Positions 32,835 through 45,619 of a stretch of DNA of 64,000 nucleotides are shown one piece after another (position 1 is the stretch's first letter; each line of letters opens with the position of its first letter). A program made the translations under genes and the position numbers. A model generated the notes under the pieces. That model searched no databases, was not told the origin of the DNA, and saw only the letters and a program-made list of their open reading frames with translations. Location: NCBI GenBank assembly GCA_977017645.1, contig OZ360238.1:70370001-70434000 (forward strand). Reading direction: 5' to 3'. This DNA comes from Torpedo marmorata. Taxonomy: Eukaryota.

Positions 32835-34888
32835 AGATGAATATGCTTTAACCCACAAGCCTAAGTGGACGGCAGGCAGAATTTTCCAAAAGGTCACTGT
32901 GGATAATCCCAAGCAAGTGGTAAGTAAATTTGGAAGTGGTGTTAAGGAAAGGGATGAAGGAAAGTGGAAAAGGGAAAACCCTTCGGGTCCCATTTGCCAC
33001 TACTGTAGGAAGGCTGGTCATATGCTAGCAAGCTGTCCAGGTTTGAAAAAGAAGAGAGAAAAGGATGCAACACCTAATGCTTGTATTCAGAGTGAGAAGA
33101 GGCATAACACCCAGGAAGGAGATAAATTTACTGACAAAGTTAAAAATGTATTTAAACCTTTTGTGACTGATGGTTTTGTTTCAGTTAAGGCAGGATCAAA
33201 ACAAGTTCCAGTGAATATCTTGCGAGACACTGGAGCTGCTCAGTCACTTATGTTAGATAGTGTCTTGGAATTTTGTGAAGCTACTGACACCGGTGACATG
33301 AATTTAATTAAAGGAATTGGGGGTGATGTTGAGTCCATTCCTTTGCACAAAATAGTGTTGGACTCAGACTTGGTGGAAGGACCTGTTATAATAGGAGTGA
33401 GATCAAAGTTGCCAGTAGAAGGTGTCTCACTGTTGCTAGGCAATGACTTGGCCAAGGGTAAAGTAGTTCCTGCAGTGCGAATGACCACTAAGCCAGTCAT
33501 TGATAAGTCAAAGAAAGACTCTGATATTTATCCGGCATGCGCCATAACCAGGGCCATGTCTAAGAAAAATGTCACTGTAGAAAAGGCAGTGGAAAATAAC
33601 TTGGTGAAAGAAAAAGTCAGTGATAATCAAGAACACCTGGAAAAGGTTGAGCAATCTCCTGTGTTACACCCATCCACTGATAAGACACCTAAAGGCACAG
33701 ATTTGTCACTGTCCCGACAGGAGCTAATAGCAAGGCAAAAGGACGATCCAGATCTTGCTGAGGTGAGGGATAAGGTTCTCTCTGAAGAGGAGATTAAAAA
33801 GGTGCCAGTGGGTTATTAGGAAAAAGATGGGGTGTTGATGAGAAAGTGGAGACCATGTGATGTTCCTGCCAATGAAGAATGGGCAGTAGTGCAACAGGTT
33901 GTGATCCCTAAAGTATATAGGGATGCAATAATAACTTTGGCTCATAGTACAACCTTAGATGGTCACCTTGGGGTGAAGAAAACTATAAGGAAGATAATGA
34001 AACAATTTTATTGGCCCAGTTTGAGAAGGGAGGTTGTAAGCTTTTGCCAGGCCTGTCACACTTGTCAGGTGGTGGGTAAACCTAATCAGGGTCCCCGGTG
34101 ACACCCTTGCAACCTATCCCTGCTTTCAGTGAGCCTTTCTCGAGAGTGATTGTGGACTGTGTTGACCCATTGCCCAAAACCAAAGCGGGGAATGAGTATT
34201 TGTTAACAATTATGTGTGCAGCCACCAGATTTCCAGAGGCCATCCCTCTGAGAAACATTAAAGCAAAGTTAATTGTAAAGGCTATGGTAAAGCTTTTCAC
34301 CTTGGTAGGTTTGCCAAGGGAAATTCAATCAGATCAGGGCAGAAATTTCATGTCAGGCCTTTTCCAACAAGTGGTTGATGGACTGGGAGTTAAACAGATT
34401 GTATCCTCTGCGTACCATCCAGAAAGTCAAGGGTCCTTGGAGAGGTTCCCTTCGACTTTGAAAACCATGATTAGAACCTATTGTTGTGAGAAGGAAAGGG
34501 ATTGGGATGAGGGGGTTCATTTGTTGTTATTTGCAGTGAGGGAGTCTGTCCAAGAATCACTTGGTTTTAGTCCATTCGAGTTAGTTTTCGGACATGAGGT
34601 GAGAGGTCCTTTAAGATTATTAAAAGAACAGTGGATTCATAGTGAGGTGCATTTAAATCTGTTAGATTATGTTTCAAAATTTAAGGATCGTTTGCATAGG
34701 GCTTGTGAGATGGCAAAGGAGAATTTAAAGGCCACTCAACAGAGAATGAAGGTTTGGTATGATCAAAAGTCTAAGATGAGAACTTTTAAACCTGGTGAGA
34801 ACGTATTAGTTCTGTTCGCCATCCATTCAAATCCTCTTAGGGCTAGATTTTCAGGACACTATAGAGTTAAGTCAAAAATTAATGATGT
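32835..34888 (+). mobile_element. Gmr1-like Gypsy element, gag-PR-INT part
   Basis: Zinc knuckle CHYCRKAGHMLASC, protease LRDTGA, integrase H..GHLG..C..C, QSDQG and HPESQGSLER. The frame continues KINDV-TYVIETP across the L1 insertion. Confidence 0.9.
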
Positions 34889-35030
34889 GGGGGGACGTCA
34901 CGTGATGCCGTAGGGTTAGGACGCAGTAACCCGACCCTCCTGGGATTGTTAAAAAAAGTTCGATTAAAAAATGTTTCTAAAAGTTCTAACTTTCTTAAAA
35001 AAGTATTTAAGTACCAGTAAAAAAGTAACA

Positions 35031-36152
35031 ATGCCTCTAAAAAAAGATAAAACAGCCAAGGCCTTACCTAAAGCTCAACGAAAGGAGAAGATTCTGACTG
35101 CAAAAAGGCCTCGACGCCTGGGAGCTGAAGTTCAAACGGAGCCCCGGGAGGATGCACCGTTGATGGGGACCTCTGCTGGCACTGCACGTCCTCGACGGCA
35201 AGAATATGGCGTTGAGGAGTAAGTCGGGCCGGCACTGCGCATGCGCGAAACTCCGCAGCTCTCAGCAGACTCTGCGGCGTCGGGACAGGAGGATACAAGC
35301 AGCTCTGACTCGGATGACGAAGGGGGCCAGCTGGAAGCTGAAGAATTACAACAACAACCGCGGGAGGAGTGAGCACTGTCATTTAAAGGCAAATCAGCAA
35401 GTTATGCAGCTTTATTAACAATACTGAATGAGTTAAAGACTGATATAAAGGATGTTAAAGAAGTGATAAAAGATGTGAGAGGCTTAAAGTTAAAAGTGAA
35501 TAAGATTGAGAATAAAGTTAAGAAAATACAAACTGATATGGAATTTACTGAAGAGAGAGTGGATGGGGTGGAAAATAATGTCACTGCTTTAGTAATGGAA
35601 AATAAGAAGCTTCAACAAAAAGTGAATATATTGGAGAATTTTAGTAGAAGAAATAATATAAAAATTGTTGGTCTTAAAGAAGAATAAGAAGGGCAAGATA
35701 CGATTGCTTTTATGAAAACTTGGATACCTGATGTACTGGGTGCAGATAAATTTGATCATACAATTGAAATTGAAAGAGCACACAGGGCTCTAAGAGCAAA
35801 ACCGTCACAAGACCAGAATCCGCGTTCGATTTTAATTAAATTTCTGCGTTATCAAGACAGGGAGAGAGTTTTACAACTAGCAATGGAGCAAGCAAGAGAG
35901 AGATGTGTCCCTTTGATATATAAGGAGGCCAGAATTCTTTTTTATCCTGATATAAGTGCTGATTTAATGAAGAGAAGGAAGGAATTCAACCCAGCTAAAA
36001 AGATCCTCTGGGAGAAGGGCTACAGATTTGTAATGCGACATCCAGCGACCTTGAAGCTCTTTCTACCAGATCAACAAAACAAATTCTTTACAAACTATAC
36101 TTTGGCAGAGGAATTTGCTAATGAACTTCCGCAGGTTTTGGATGAACGTTAG
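35031..36152 (+). pseudogene. ORF1: L1 ORF1 (coiled coil plus RRM/CTD), disrupted
   Basis: LENFSRRNNIKIVGL, IERAHR and FYPDIS motifs, with a frameshift and a stop. Confidence 0.88.
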
Positions 36153-36622
36153 AAAAGAGAATGTTTTACAATTGCTGATGGAATGATTTATATCAGTTTG
36201 TAATTTTGGTAAAACTGATGATTGATTATTTAGTGTTTGTATTTTTCTTTTTTTTTTTTTTTAAAAAGAATATATATATATAAAAATGTTATACCGGGGG
36301 GTTGGGGGGGGGAGAATGAGGTCCTGACTTCTACTGTAATCATGTGTACCTTTGCGACTTTGGTCGTGACCCGTAAAATAGAGGGGGATAGCGCTGTATA
36401 TTTTAAAAGCGCTAGAGGGGATGTAGTTAGATTGTTTTTTTACTTTTGTGGAAGGGGGGGAGTGTATTCTTTAATTTTATATTTTTTCTTTTCTATTTGT
36501 ATGGATTGCTGGGGGGGACATATGTTGACGCGATGGAGATTGAAGAATGAAGTAAAAGGGAGAGAGTTAGGGGTCTGGGCTGGAAGAGGTAACATTAAAA
36601 GGAATGAAATATGTAATTTAAA

Positions 36623-39600
36623 ATGAGTAATATAGTAAGATTTTTGAACTTTAATATTAATGGGATAAATGGACCAATTAAGAGGAAAAGGATATTAGCG
36701 TATACTAAAAAATTGGGTGTTGATGTGGCTTTTTTACAAGAGACGCACTTAACAGAGAAAGAACATTTGAAATTAAAAAGGGACTGGGTGGGGTATGTAG
36801 CGGCTTCTTCATTTAATACTAAGGCAAGGGGTATGGCAATCTTAATAAAAAAGAATCTTCCAATTACAATTCAGAACATTGTGACGGATCCTGCAGGGAG
36901 ATATGTAATGACTCACTGTCAGATATATTCAGAATTTTGGACTTTTTTGAATATATATGCTCCCAATATGGATGATGATAAGTTTATTCAAGAGACTTTT
37001 CTTAATATAGCGGAAGCACATGAGAATATTATAATAGGGGGAGATTTCAACTTTTGTTTAGATCCGGTCTTAGATAAGTCTACAAGAGGAGTGAAGAGAA
37101 CTAAGGTAGCGAAAGCTACGCTGGTATTAATGAATGATTTAAACTTGATAGATGCTTGGAGAAGAATTCATCCTAGGGATAAAGATTTTTCATTTTATTC
37201 TAGTAGACATGATTCTTATTCCAGAATTGACTTATTTTTAGTTTCAGCTCAACTGCAAGACAGAATTCTAGAAGCAGAGTATAAAGCAAGTATTTTGTCT
37301 GATCATTCACCTTTATTGATGACAGTTGTTGTACCTGATAAAGAAAAATCGATATATAGATGGAGGTTAAACCCTTTATTATTAAAAAGAACAGACTTTT
37401 GTGATTTTATAAGGAGGCAAATTCAGATATTTTGCGAAACAAATCTAAACTCCGTGCCTGATAAATTTGTAATATGGGAAACTTTGAAATTATATTTAAG
37501 AGGTCAAATCATAAGTTATTCCTCAAAAATTAAAAAGGAATATATGAGAGAAATAGACCAATTAGAAAAAGAAATAACGATTTTAGATAAGGATTGACAA
37601 AAGAGGAGCTCTGTAGATAAACGTAAACAATTAACTAATAAAAAACTTCAATATAATGTATTACAGACTTATGGAACGGAGAAGATTATTACAAGAACTA
37701 AACAAAGATATTATGAGTTAGGTGAACGTTCACATAAAGTATTAGCATGGCAATTAAAAACAGAACAGGCATCAAGAACAATTAATGCAGTTAAAAGTGA
37801 GGCTGATGTTATTAGCTATAAACCTCAAATAATAAATGATTCTTTTAAAAAATTCTATTCTGATTTATATAAATCAGAGTCTCTGCAAGATGATAGTAAA
37901 ATTGATGGATATTTATCACAGATAAATTTACCAAGATTAAATACGCAAGAGCAATTAGAATTAAGTACCCAGTTTACGCAGAAGGAAGTGAAAGATGCAA
38001 TGAGTTCATTACAAAGTAATAAAGCACCGGGAGAAGATGGTTTTCTGCCAGAGTTTTATAAAGAGTTTAAGGAATTATTAATTCCCATTTTTATGGATAT
38101 GTTACAGCAAGCGTCTGTGACTCATACACTTCCAGAGTCTTTTTCTACTGCAATAATTACAGTAATACCAAAAAAAGATAGAGACCCATTGAAACCTTCA
38201 TCATATAGACCAATTTCATTACTGAATGCAGATAAGATTGTGGCGAAAATCCTGGCCAATAGGATAACAAAATTTTTGCCAAAATTAGTAAATATGGATC
38301 AAACAAGCTTTATAAAAAAAAAGACAAGCAGCTGACAATGTAGCAAGGTTACTTAGTATTATTCATTTAGCTCAAAAAAGAAAAGTACTAAGTGTCGCGG
38401 TGGCACTAGACGCAGAGAAAGCTTTTGATAGACTGGAGTGGGATTTTTTGTTTAAAGTATTGGAGAATTTTGGATTTGGGAAGATTTATATAGATTGGAT
38501 TAAAGCATTGTATCATGCTCCAAAAGCTAAAGTAGTGACTAACGGACAAATATCAACTTTGTTTTGTTTGACAAGATCTAGCCGACAAGGGTGCCCATTG
38601 TCACCATCTTTATTTATATTAGCTATAGAACCACTGGCAGAGGCAATTAGAAGTGATTTGGCAATTAAGGGATTTACAGTTGGTCAAGAGCAACATAAAA
38701 TCAGTTTATTTGCGGATGATGTTTTAATATATTTGACAGAGCCTGAGACCTCTCTGCAAAGATTGCATTTTAAATTGGAGGAATATGGGAAAGTCTCTGG
38801 TTATAAGATAAATTGGGATAAAAGTGAAATTATGCCTCTTATAGAGGGAGATTATATTTTATGTAAAAGAAGTACTCAGTTTAAATGGCCACATAATGGA
38901 ATAAAATATCTCGGGGTTCGAACAGATAATAAATTAAAAAATTTATATAAGTTGAATTATTTACCATTGCTTAAAAAGATTAAAGAAGATTTGGAAAAAT
39001 GGATTAATTTACCTATTACATTGATAGGAAGAGTTAACTGTATTAAAATGAATATATTCCCAAGGATACAGTATTTGTATCAAACTATACCTATTTTATT
39101 ACCACAGGTTTTTTTTCAGGATTTAAACAAACAAGTGCGAAAATTTCTTTGGAAAGGTAAAATGTCAAGAGTTTCTATGGAACGTTTAACATGGAAATAC
39201 GAATTGGGAGGTTTACAACTCCCTAATTTTAAAAATTATTATCGAGCGGCACAAATGAGATTTGTTACTTCTTTTTTTGAAAGTGAAGGAAGTCCTGCAT
39301 GGGTTGGAATAGAGCTTGGAGAAATAGGAGAAAAGGTATCAGAAGAATTTATATATAAATGGAATTCAAAATTATTGATAGGTGTTAAAGAAACACCGTT
39401 ATTAAAACATTTGATTAATGCTTGGAATAAGATTAATGATGAGATAGGGATGAAAGGAAATATATCACCTAAAATGTCTTTGATACAGAATAATCTTATA
39501 CCTTTTACAAAAGATAATCAATTTTTAAACATATGGTCACAGAAAGGAATAAAGAAGATAGAAGATTGTTATGAAGGGAACCAATTGATGTCGTTTACAC

Positions 39601-40400
39601 AATTACGGAACAAATATGGAATACCCAATAATACTCTTTTTTGTTATTTTCAATTAAGAGGTTATTTAAGGGAAAAACTAGGTCCGGATATGTTGTTACA
39701 AGATTGTAGTGAGGTAGAAACCCTTATTAGGAAAGGAAATATTAAAAAATTTACTTCTATAATGTATTCTTTGTTACAAAGGGGAGCTTTAAAACGAGGA
39801 CTTCATAAATCTAGACAAAGATGGGAGCAAGATCTTAATGTTATAATTGATGAAAAAAGATGGTCGGATTTATGTCAAGATAGTATGACCAATACTATTA
39901 ATGTAAGATATAGATTAGTACAGTATAATTTTTTACATCAACTATATCTTACACCACAAAAATTGAATAAGATAAAATCTACACTATCAAATAAGTGTTT
40001 TAGATGTGGTGAAGTGGAGGGAACCTTTCTACATTCAACATGGTTATGCTCTAAAGTAAAATGTTTTCGGATAGAGTTAGGGAATCGATTAAAACAAATT
40101 ACAGGTGTTACATTTCCACAGAATCCTGATTTATATTTATTAGGGAATGTGGAAGGAACTAGACCAAAGTTGAAGTTATCTACATATCAATTGAAATTTG
40201 TAAAAATTGCTTTAGCAGTAGCAAAGAAGTGTATAGCAGTAACTTGGAAATCAGATACAAATTTAGGCATGGACAGATGGAATATAGAGATGCGGAGTTG
40301 TATTCCATTGGAAAAAATAACATATAACATGAGAAACAAATATGGGATATTTTTGCAAATTTGGCGTCCATTTATCCAATCATTAGGTATGAATATTTAA
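36623..40400 (+). pseudogene. ORF2: L1 ORF2 (APE endonuclease, RT, CCHC), disrupted
   Basis: NINGI, LQETH, GGDFN and SDHSP (EN); RQGCPLSP and LFADD (RT); CFRC..HSTWLC. Stop at 37595-37597 and a frameshift near 38320. Confidence 0.93.
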
Positions 40401-40764
40401 ATGTGTTGCTCTACATCCAAGACCCTGTTGACTCTCTCAAATTTAAAGAATAAATATTGTTGAATACCACGCGTCGAGCCGTGGACCCAGCAGTGATCCA
40501 TTTAGATGCTTTTGATAAGAAATACCAATGCCTTCTTTTCTTATCTTTTCTTTTAGTTTTTAGTAAGGGGAGGGAATTAAAGGGAGGGGAAGGGTGGAGG
40601 GTGGGCAACATTTATAGAGGGTGGGTTAAGGGATGGGTTAGATACACTGTAATACAAATTATGTTTTTCTTAGTTACTGGAATTAATAATGTATATTACG
40701 TATGTTGTATTACTGTGAGAAAATTTAAAATTTAAAATAAAATAATTTTTTTTAAAAATAAATA

Positions 40765-41868
40765 AATGATGTCACCTATGTCATAGAAACACCTAATCGC
40801 AGACTAGACACACAGGTCTGTCATGTGAATATGATTAAGCCATATTTTGAACAGGTGCCGCACAAAGAGACTGAACATTTATCAGAGGTACTGGTTATTG
40901 ATCAGGGTAAGGAGGAGACAGATAAAACCAGTTTCAGAGAGGGTCATGGGACACAGAAATTGATAAGCCCAAGGCTAGAAAATTCCATGATTTTGCGCAA
41001 TCTGGAGACAAAGTTGGCTCATCTGAAAACTTCCGAAAAGGAAGAGATGAGTCAGTTATTTTTAAAATTTATAAATTTATTTCCCGATGTGCCTCAAAAA
41101 ATTTCCATCGCTTATCATGATGTGGATATAGGAGATGCAAGACCGATAAAACAGCATCCCTATCGAATCAATGTGGAAAAGTGCAAACTGGTAGATCATG
41201 AAATTGACTACATGGTAAAGAACAATATCATTCGAAAGTCTACTTCCAATTGGAGTTCCCCTTGTGTTTTAGTGCCTAAGCCTGATGGAACAGTTAGGTT
41301 TTGCACTGATTATAGGAAAGTAAATGCTGTAACAAAGACAGATGCTTATCCTATTCCTAGAATAGACGATTGTATAGACAAGGTGGGGAAGGCCAAATTT
41401 CTTACAAAAATGAACTTATAAAAAGGGTACTGGTGTGTTCCTTTGACAAAAAGGGCTAGGGAGATTTCTGCATTCGTAACACCTTTTGGGCTGTATGAAT
41501 ATAATGTTATGCCTTTTGGTATGAAGAATGCTCCAGGAACATTTCAGAGAATGATTAATTCAGTAATTCAAGGGTTGAAAAACACAGGTGCTTACATTGA
41601 TGATTTAATTGTAAGTAGTGACACCTGGGAAGAGCATGTCTTTGAGCTAAAACAATTGTTCGAACGACTGTCCAAAGCAAATCTCACAGTTAATTTAAGT
41701 AAAAGTGAGTTTGGACATGCTACTGTTATTTATCTGGGTTATGTAGTAGGACAGGGGCAGTTGGCGCCAGTAGAGGCAAAGGTTGTGACTATTTACGAGT
41801 TCCCTGTTCCAACTGGTAAGAAAACTCTGAGGAGGTTCCTGGGAATGATTGGCTACTACCGCAAGTTC
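40765..41868 (+). mobile_element. Gmr1-like Gypsy element, INT tail and RT part, truncated before RNase H
   Basis: CHVNMIKPY integrase tail, then PIKQHPYR, RFCTDYRKVN, MPFGMKNAPGTFQR and YIDD. Confidence 0.9.
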
Positions 41869-43349
41869 TTTTTTTTAAATATTTTATTTAAAAATTTTAA
41901 ATCACACATTACATAGTTTAAATGCAAAATTATCAAATTACATGTGATACATTTTTACCCCCCCCCTCCCTCCCTCCCTCCCTCCCCTCCCTAACCCTCC
42001 CGAAAAAAAAGAAAAAAAGAAGAAAAGGATAAAGTAAGAAGAATGTCACTCTAAAAAGAACAACTATAAACTAATTTTTTGTGGAACACAGGTTCGCCAG
42101 TCAGATCCAATATCCGGAGATCTTCACATCTTTAAATCGACAGTTTTTATATATGGGCTCCATATTTTCAAAAAGAAATGATATTTATTACGTAAATTAT
42201 AAGTAATTTTTTTAAGTGGTATACATGAACGAAGTTCTGCATGCCATCTTTCTAACCCTAAATCTACATCAGATTTCCATGTAATAGCAATGCATTTCTT
42301 AGAAACAGCTAAAGCAATACGTAAAAATTCTGTTTGATACATATTTAATTTCATCTTAACACTAATTCTTTTGATATCTCCAAACAAAAATATCATAGGA
42401 TCCATTGGGAGTGTAATTCTTAATACTTTATCTAGAAAGTTTTTAACTTTCAAGCAAAAATCATATATCTTTGGACAAATCCATGTAGAATGTACAAAAG
42501 AACCTTCCTCTCTATTACATCTAAAACATAAACCGGATAATGTCGGATTAAATTTCTTTAATTTTTTAGGTGTTAAATATAATTGATGAAAAAAATTATA
42601 TTGCACTAATCTATATCTAACATTAATAATCTTCATCATACTTTGTTTACATAATTCTTTCCAATGTTCTTCATCTATTGTTACATTCAAATCTGATTCC
42701 CAATTTAATCTTGATTTATGAATTCCTAGTTTAGGCATTTTCCTCTGTAACAATCTATACATTTGAGAAATAAATTTACTTACACCTCCATTAGTAACTA
42801 ATCATTCCAATTCACTCTGTCTTCGTAAAGTCAAACTATAGCCCAACCTTTCAACTAAAAATGCTCTGATTTGATAATAAGCAAAAAGTGTATTATTTGA
42901 TACATTAAACTTATCTTTCATTCTTTGAAAAGTAATAAATTTACCAGCTTCAAAACAATCATTTATTTTCTTAATTCCCTTTTGGAACCAAATTTTAAAT
43001 AATTGATTATCAACAGTAAATGGAATAAGTTTATTTTGATACAGAGGCATTTTTCTAGAAATTAGCCCTTTCGCTCCTATCTCTCTATCCACTCTATTCC
43101 ATATTTCTAACAAATGTTTAAAAATAGGAGAGTTTTTCCCTCTTGCAAATAATAATTTAGGATTCCATTTATAAATAACTTGTCTTTCAAATCTTCTCCT
43201 ATATTATTTAATTCTATTCTAATCCAAGCAGAAAAGTTTCCTAAATCAAACATTTCATTAATAAATTTTAATTGGGCTGCTTTATAATAATATTGAAAAT
43301 TAGGAAGTTGTAAACCACCCATTTCATAATTCCAAGTTAATTTCTCCAT
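41869..43349 (-). mobile_element. 5'-truncated L1 (second subfamily)
   Basis: Poly-T at 41869, ORFs 42124-42762 and 42802-43113. Near-identical to 62672-63861. Confidence 0.92.
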
Positions 43350-44217
43350 ACAGTAAATAAGTTCTCTGGATGTACAAGTGAAGTGTAGTTTCACTTGGAA
43401 GGCCTGTTTGGGGCCCTGGACCTTGGTGAGGGGCGAGGTGTGGGCGCAGGTGTTGCAACTCCTGCGGGCACAGGGGAAGGTGCCGGCGGTGCGATGGGTG
43501 GGGAGGGATAAGTGCACGAGTGAATCGCGGAGGGAGCGGTCCCTACGGAAGGCCGAGAGGGGAGGAGAAGGAAAAATGTGTCTGGCGGTGGGATCCCGTA
43601 GTAAGTGCCTACAGGATCCCTTTGTGGCTTTCTCTACATCGGAGAGACCGGTCGTAGATTGGGAGACCGCTTTGCTGAGCAGCTCCTCTCCGTCCGCAAC
43701 AACAGTGACCTCCCAGTAGCCAACCATTTCAATTCCGTGTCACACTCCCACACTCACATGTCTGTCCATGGCCTTATGTACTATTCCACCCAGACTACCA
43801 GCAAATTGGAGGAACAACATCTCATTTTCCGTCTGGGCACTCTCCAGCCAGATGGCATTAACATTGACTTTTCTGCTTTCCACTAAACCTGCTTGTCGTT
43901 CCCTTCCCCTCCCCCCTCACCTGTCCTTCCTGCTTTTCTCCACCTACCCAGCCATCCCTCCTCCCCCTCTTTGCTGCTGTCCCCTCCCTCCTTTCTCCAC
44001 CTATCATCTCCTGCCTTTGCCACCCCCCTTCCCCCCTCACTCTTTTGTTCGGACACCTGCCGGCATTTTCTCATACTTTGATGAAGGGCTCAAGCCCGAA
44101 ACGTCGGTTATGTATTTCTACCTTTGCTACATAAAAGACACTGTTTGACCTGCTGAGTTTCTCCAGCATTTGTGTTTTTTACTTCAACCACGGTGTCTAC
44201 AGATTCTCGTGTTTTAC
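43350..44217 (+). mobile_element. Penelope-like element with an inverted 5' segment (43350-43616 minus; 43617-44217 plus)
   Basis: Both parts align to 16890-17697. GIY-YIG YIGETG motif; pLTR with hammerhead-like core at 44078-44109. Confidence 0.9.
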
Positions 44218-44302
44218 TTATATGTTTAATTGTCTTTAATAAATGTAAAGTTTCAATTGCGTCTTCTGTCATTGCTGGTTTGAATTTTGTAACAGCAAAA
44301 CC

Positions 44303-44528
44303 CAAAAGTGCTGGAGAAACACAGCAGGTCATGCAGCATCTCTTGGAAATAAAGGGTAACCAACGTTTCGGGCCTGAGCCCTTTGTCAAGCTACCTTGAC
44401 GAATGGATCAGGCCTGAAACATTGGTTATCCTTTATTTCCTGTAGATACTACGTGAACTACCAAGTTTCTCCAGCACTTTCGTGTATTGCACTACAATCA
44501 CAGTGACTGCCGACTTTCCCATTTAACT
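44303..44528. mobile_element. Inverted pair of Penelope pLTR fragments
   Basis: 44303-44390 (minus) and 44395-44528 (plus) are inverted around a 4-nt spacer, CTAC. Confidence 0.8.
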
Positions 44529-45619
44529 AAAATATTTTCATGGGACATATCACATGAGTGCATTTTCTGTTCCAAATTTTGAGATATTGAATAATTTCTA
44601 ATTACTGTTTTCCAGTGCTTCAAATTTTCTCTTTACTATTTGATCTGAAATATTGAACCACTTATTTTTTTTGGGAGTAGATGGCTACAGGATAACAGAA
44701 GAGAGGAATTTCTAATGCTTGATCTTCTTGGTGAGGCAGGATCCGTAGGGGGACTTTGCGACCTCTCAGGACTCGTGGCCTTTTCGGGAAATACCTCCTC
44801 CTCGGCTGGTTCTAGGGACTGTGAGCCCTGTCTTTGGTGCGCCCCATTCGGAATTTGGGCTGTACTGCTCTCCTGAGCAGCCGACGTTGAAGGAGCTTCA
44901 TCTCTTGAAGTTATTTCAGGAATGTCGTCATTGGAATGCGCCCAAAATGGAAAGTCTTGAAGATCGTCTGTATTGGACACGGACACTTGATCATCTTCTG
45001 CCTTTAACTGGTCGATGTGTCGCTTCCATATTTTAGTTCCCACCAGTATAGAATATGAACATGGACTCAGCTTTTTAAGAATCACGCCTCTTATCCACAT
45101 CTCTTTATTGTCCCGGTAATCCCGTACCAGTACTCGCTCTCCTACTTCCAGAGATCGGGTTGGCTTACTCGGAGATGTGGCTTGTTCGATACGAAGGCCG
45201 ATGTTCGGGTGCACTGTAGACAGTCGGGTACTTAAGTCACGCCCAAACATCAATTCCGCTGGCGTCCGTTTTGTAGTGGAGTGCGGTATGTTTCTATACG
45301 CCAATATAAAATCCGCGATTTTGTGATTCCATGATACGTTTAGTGATTTCTTAATTTTCATGGCTTTATTAAATGTTTGAACAAAACGTTCAGCTTCCCC
45401 ATCCATGCTTGGGTGGTAGGGCGCCGACAAGATCTGTCGTATATTGTTATTACGTAGGAACACTTTAAAAGCATCAGAAACAAACTGAGGTCCATTATCG
45501 GAGACTAGTTCCATAGGTAATCCATATGACGCAAACATATTTCGTAGTCTCTCAATTGTTGTTGTCCGCATGTGCGATACTACTGGCCATTTGGAGTGTG
45601 CATCGACCACAATCAGGAA

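Larger units (their letters stand above)
34889..40764 (+). mobile_element. Full-length degenerate L1-clade LINE (~5.9 kb)
   Basis: 5' GGGGGG start, ORF1, a ~470-bp spacer, ORF2 (EN-RT-CCHC), 3' UTR and A-rich tail. TSD AATGATGT at 34881-34888 and 40765-40772. Confidence 0.95.

Noticed and set aside
43107-43727. 206-aa Penelope-L1 fusion ORF
   Set aside because: It spans an inversion junction and a truncation junction, begins in antisense sequence and has no complete domain.
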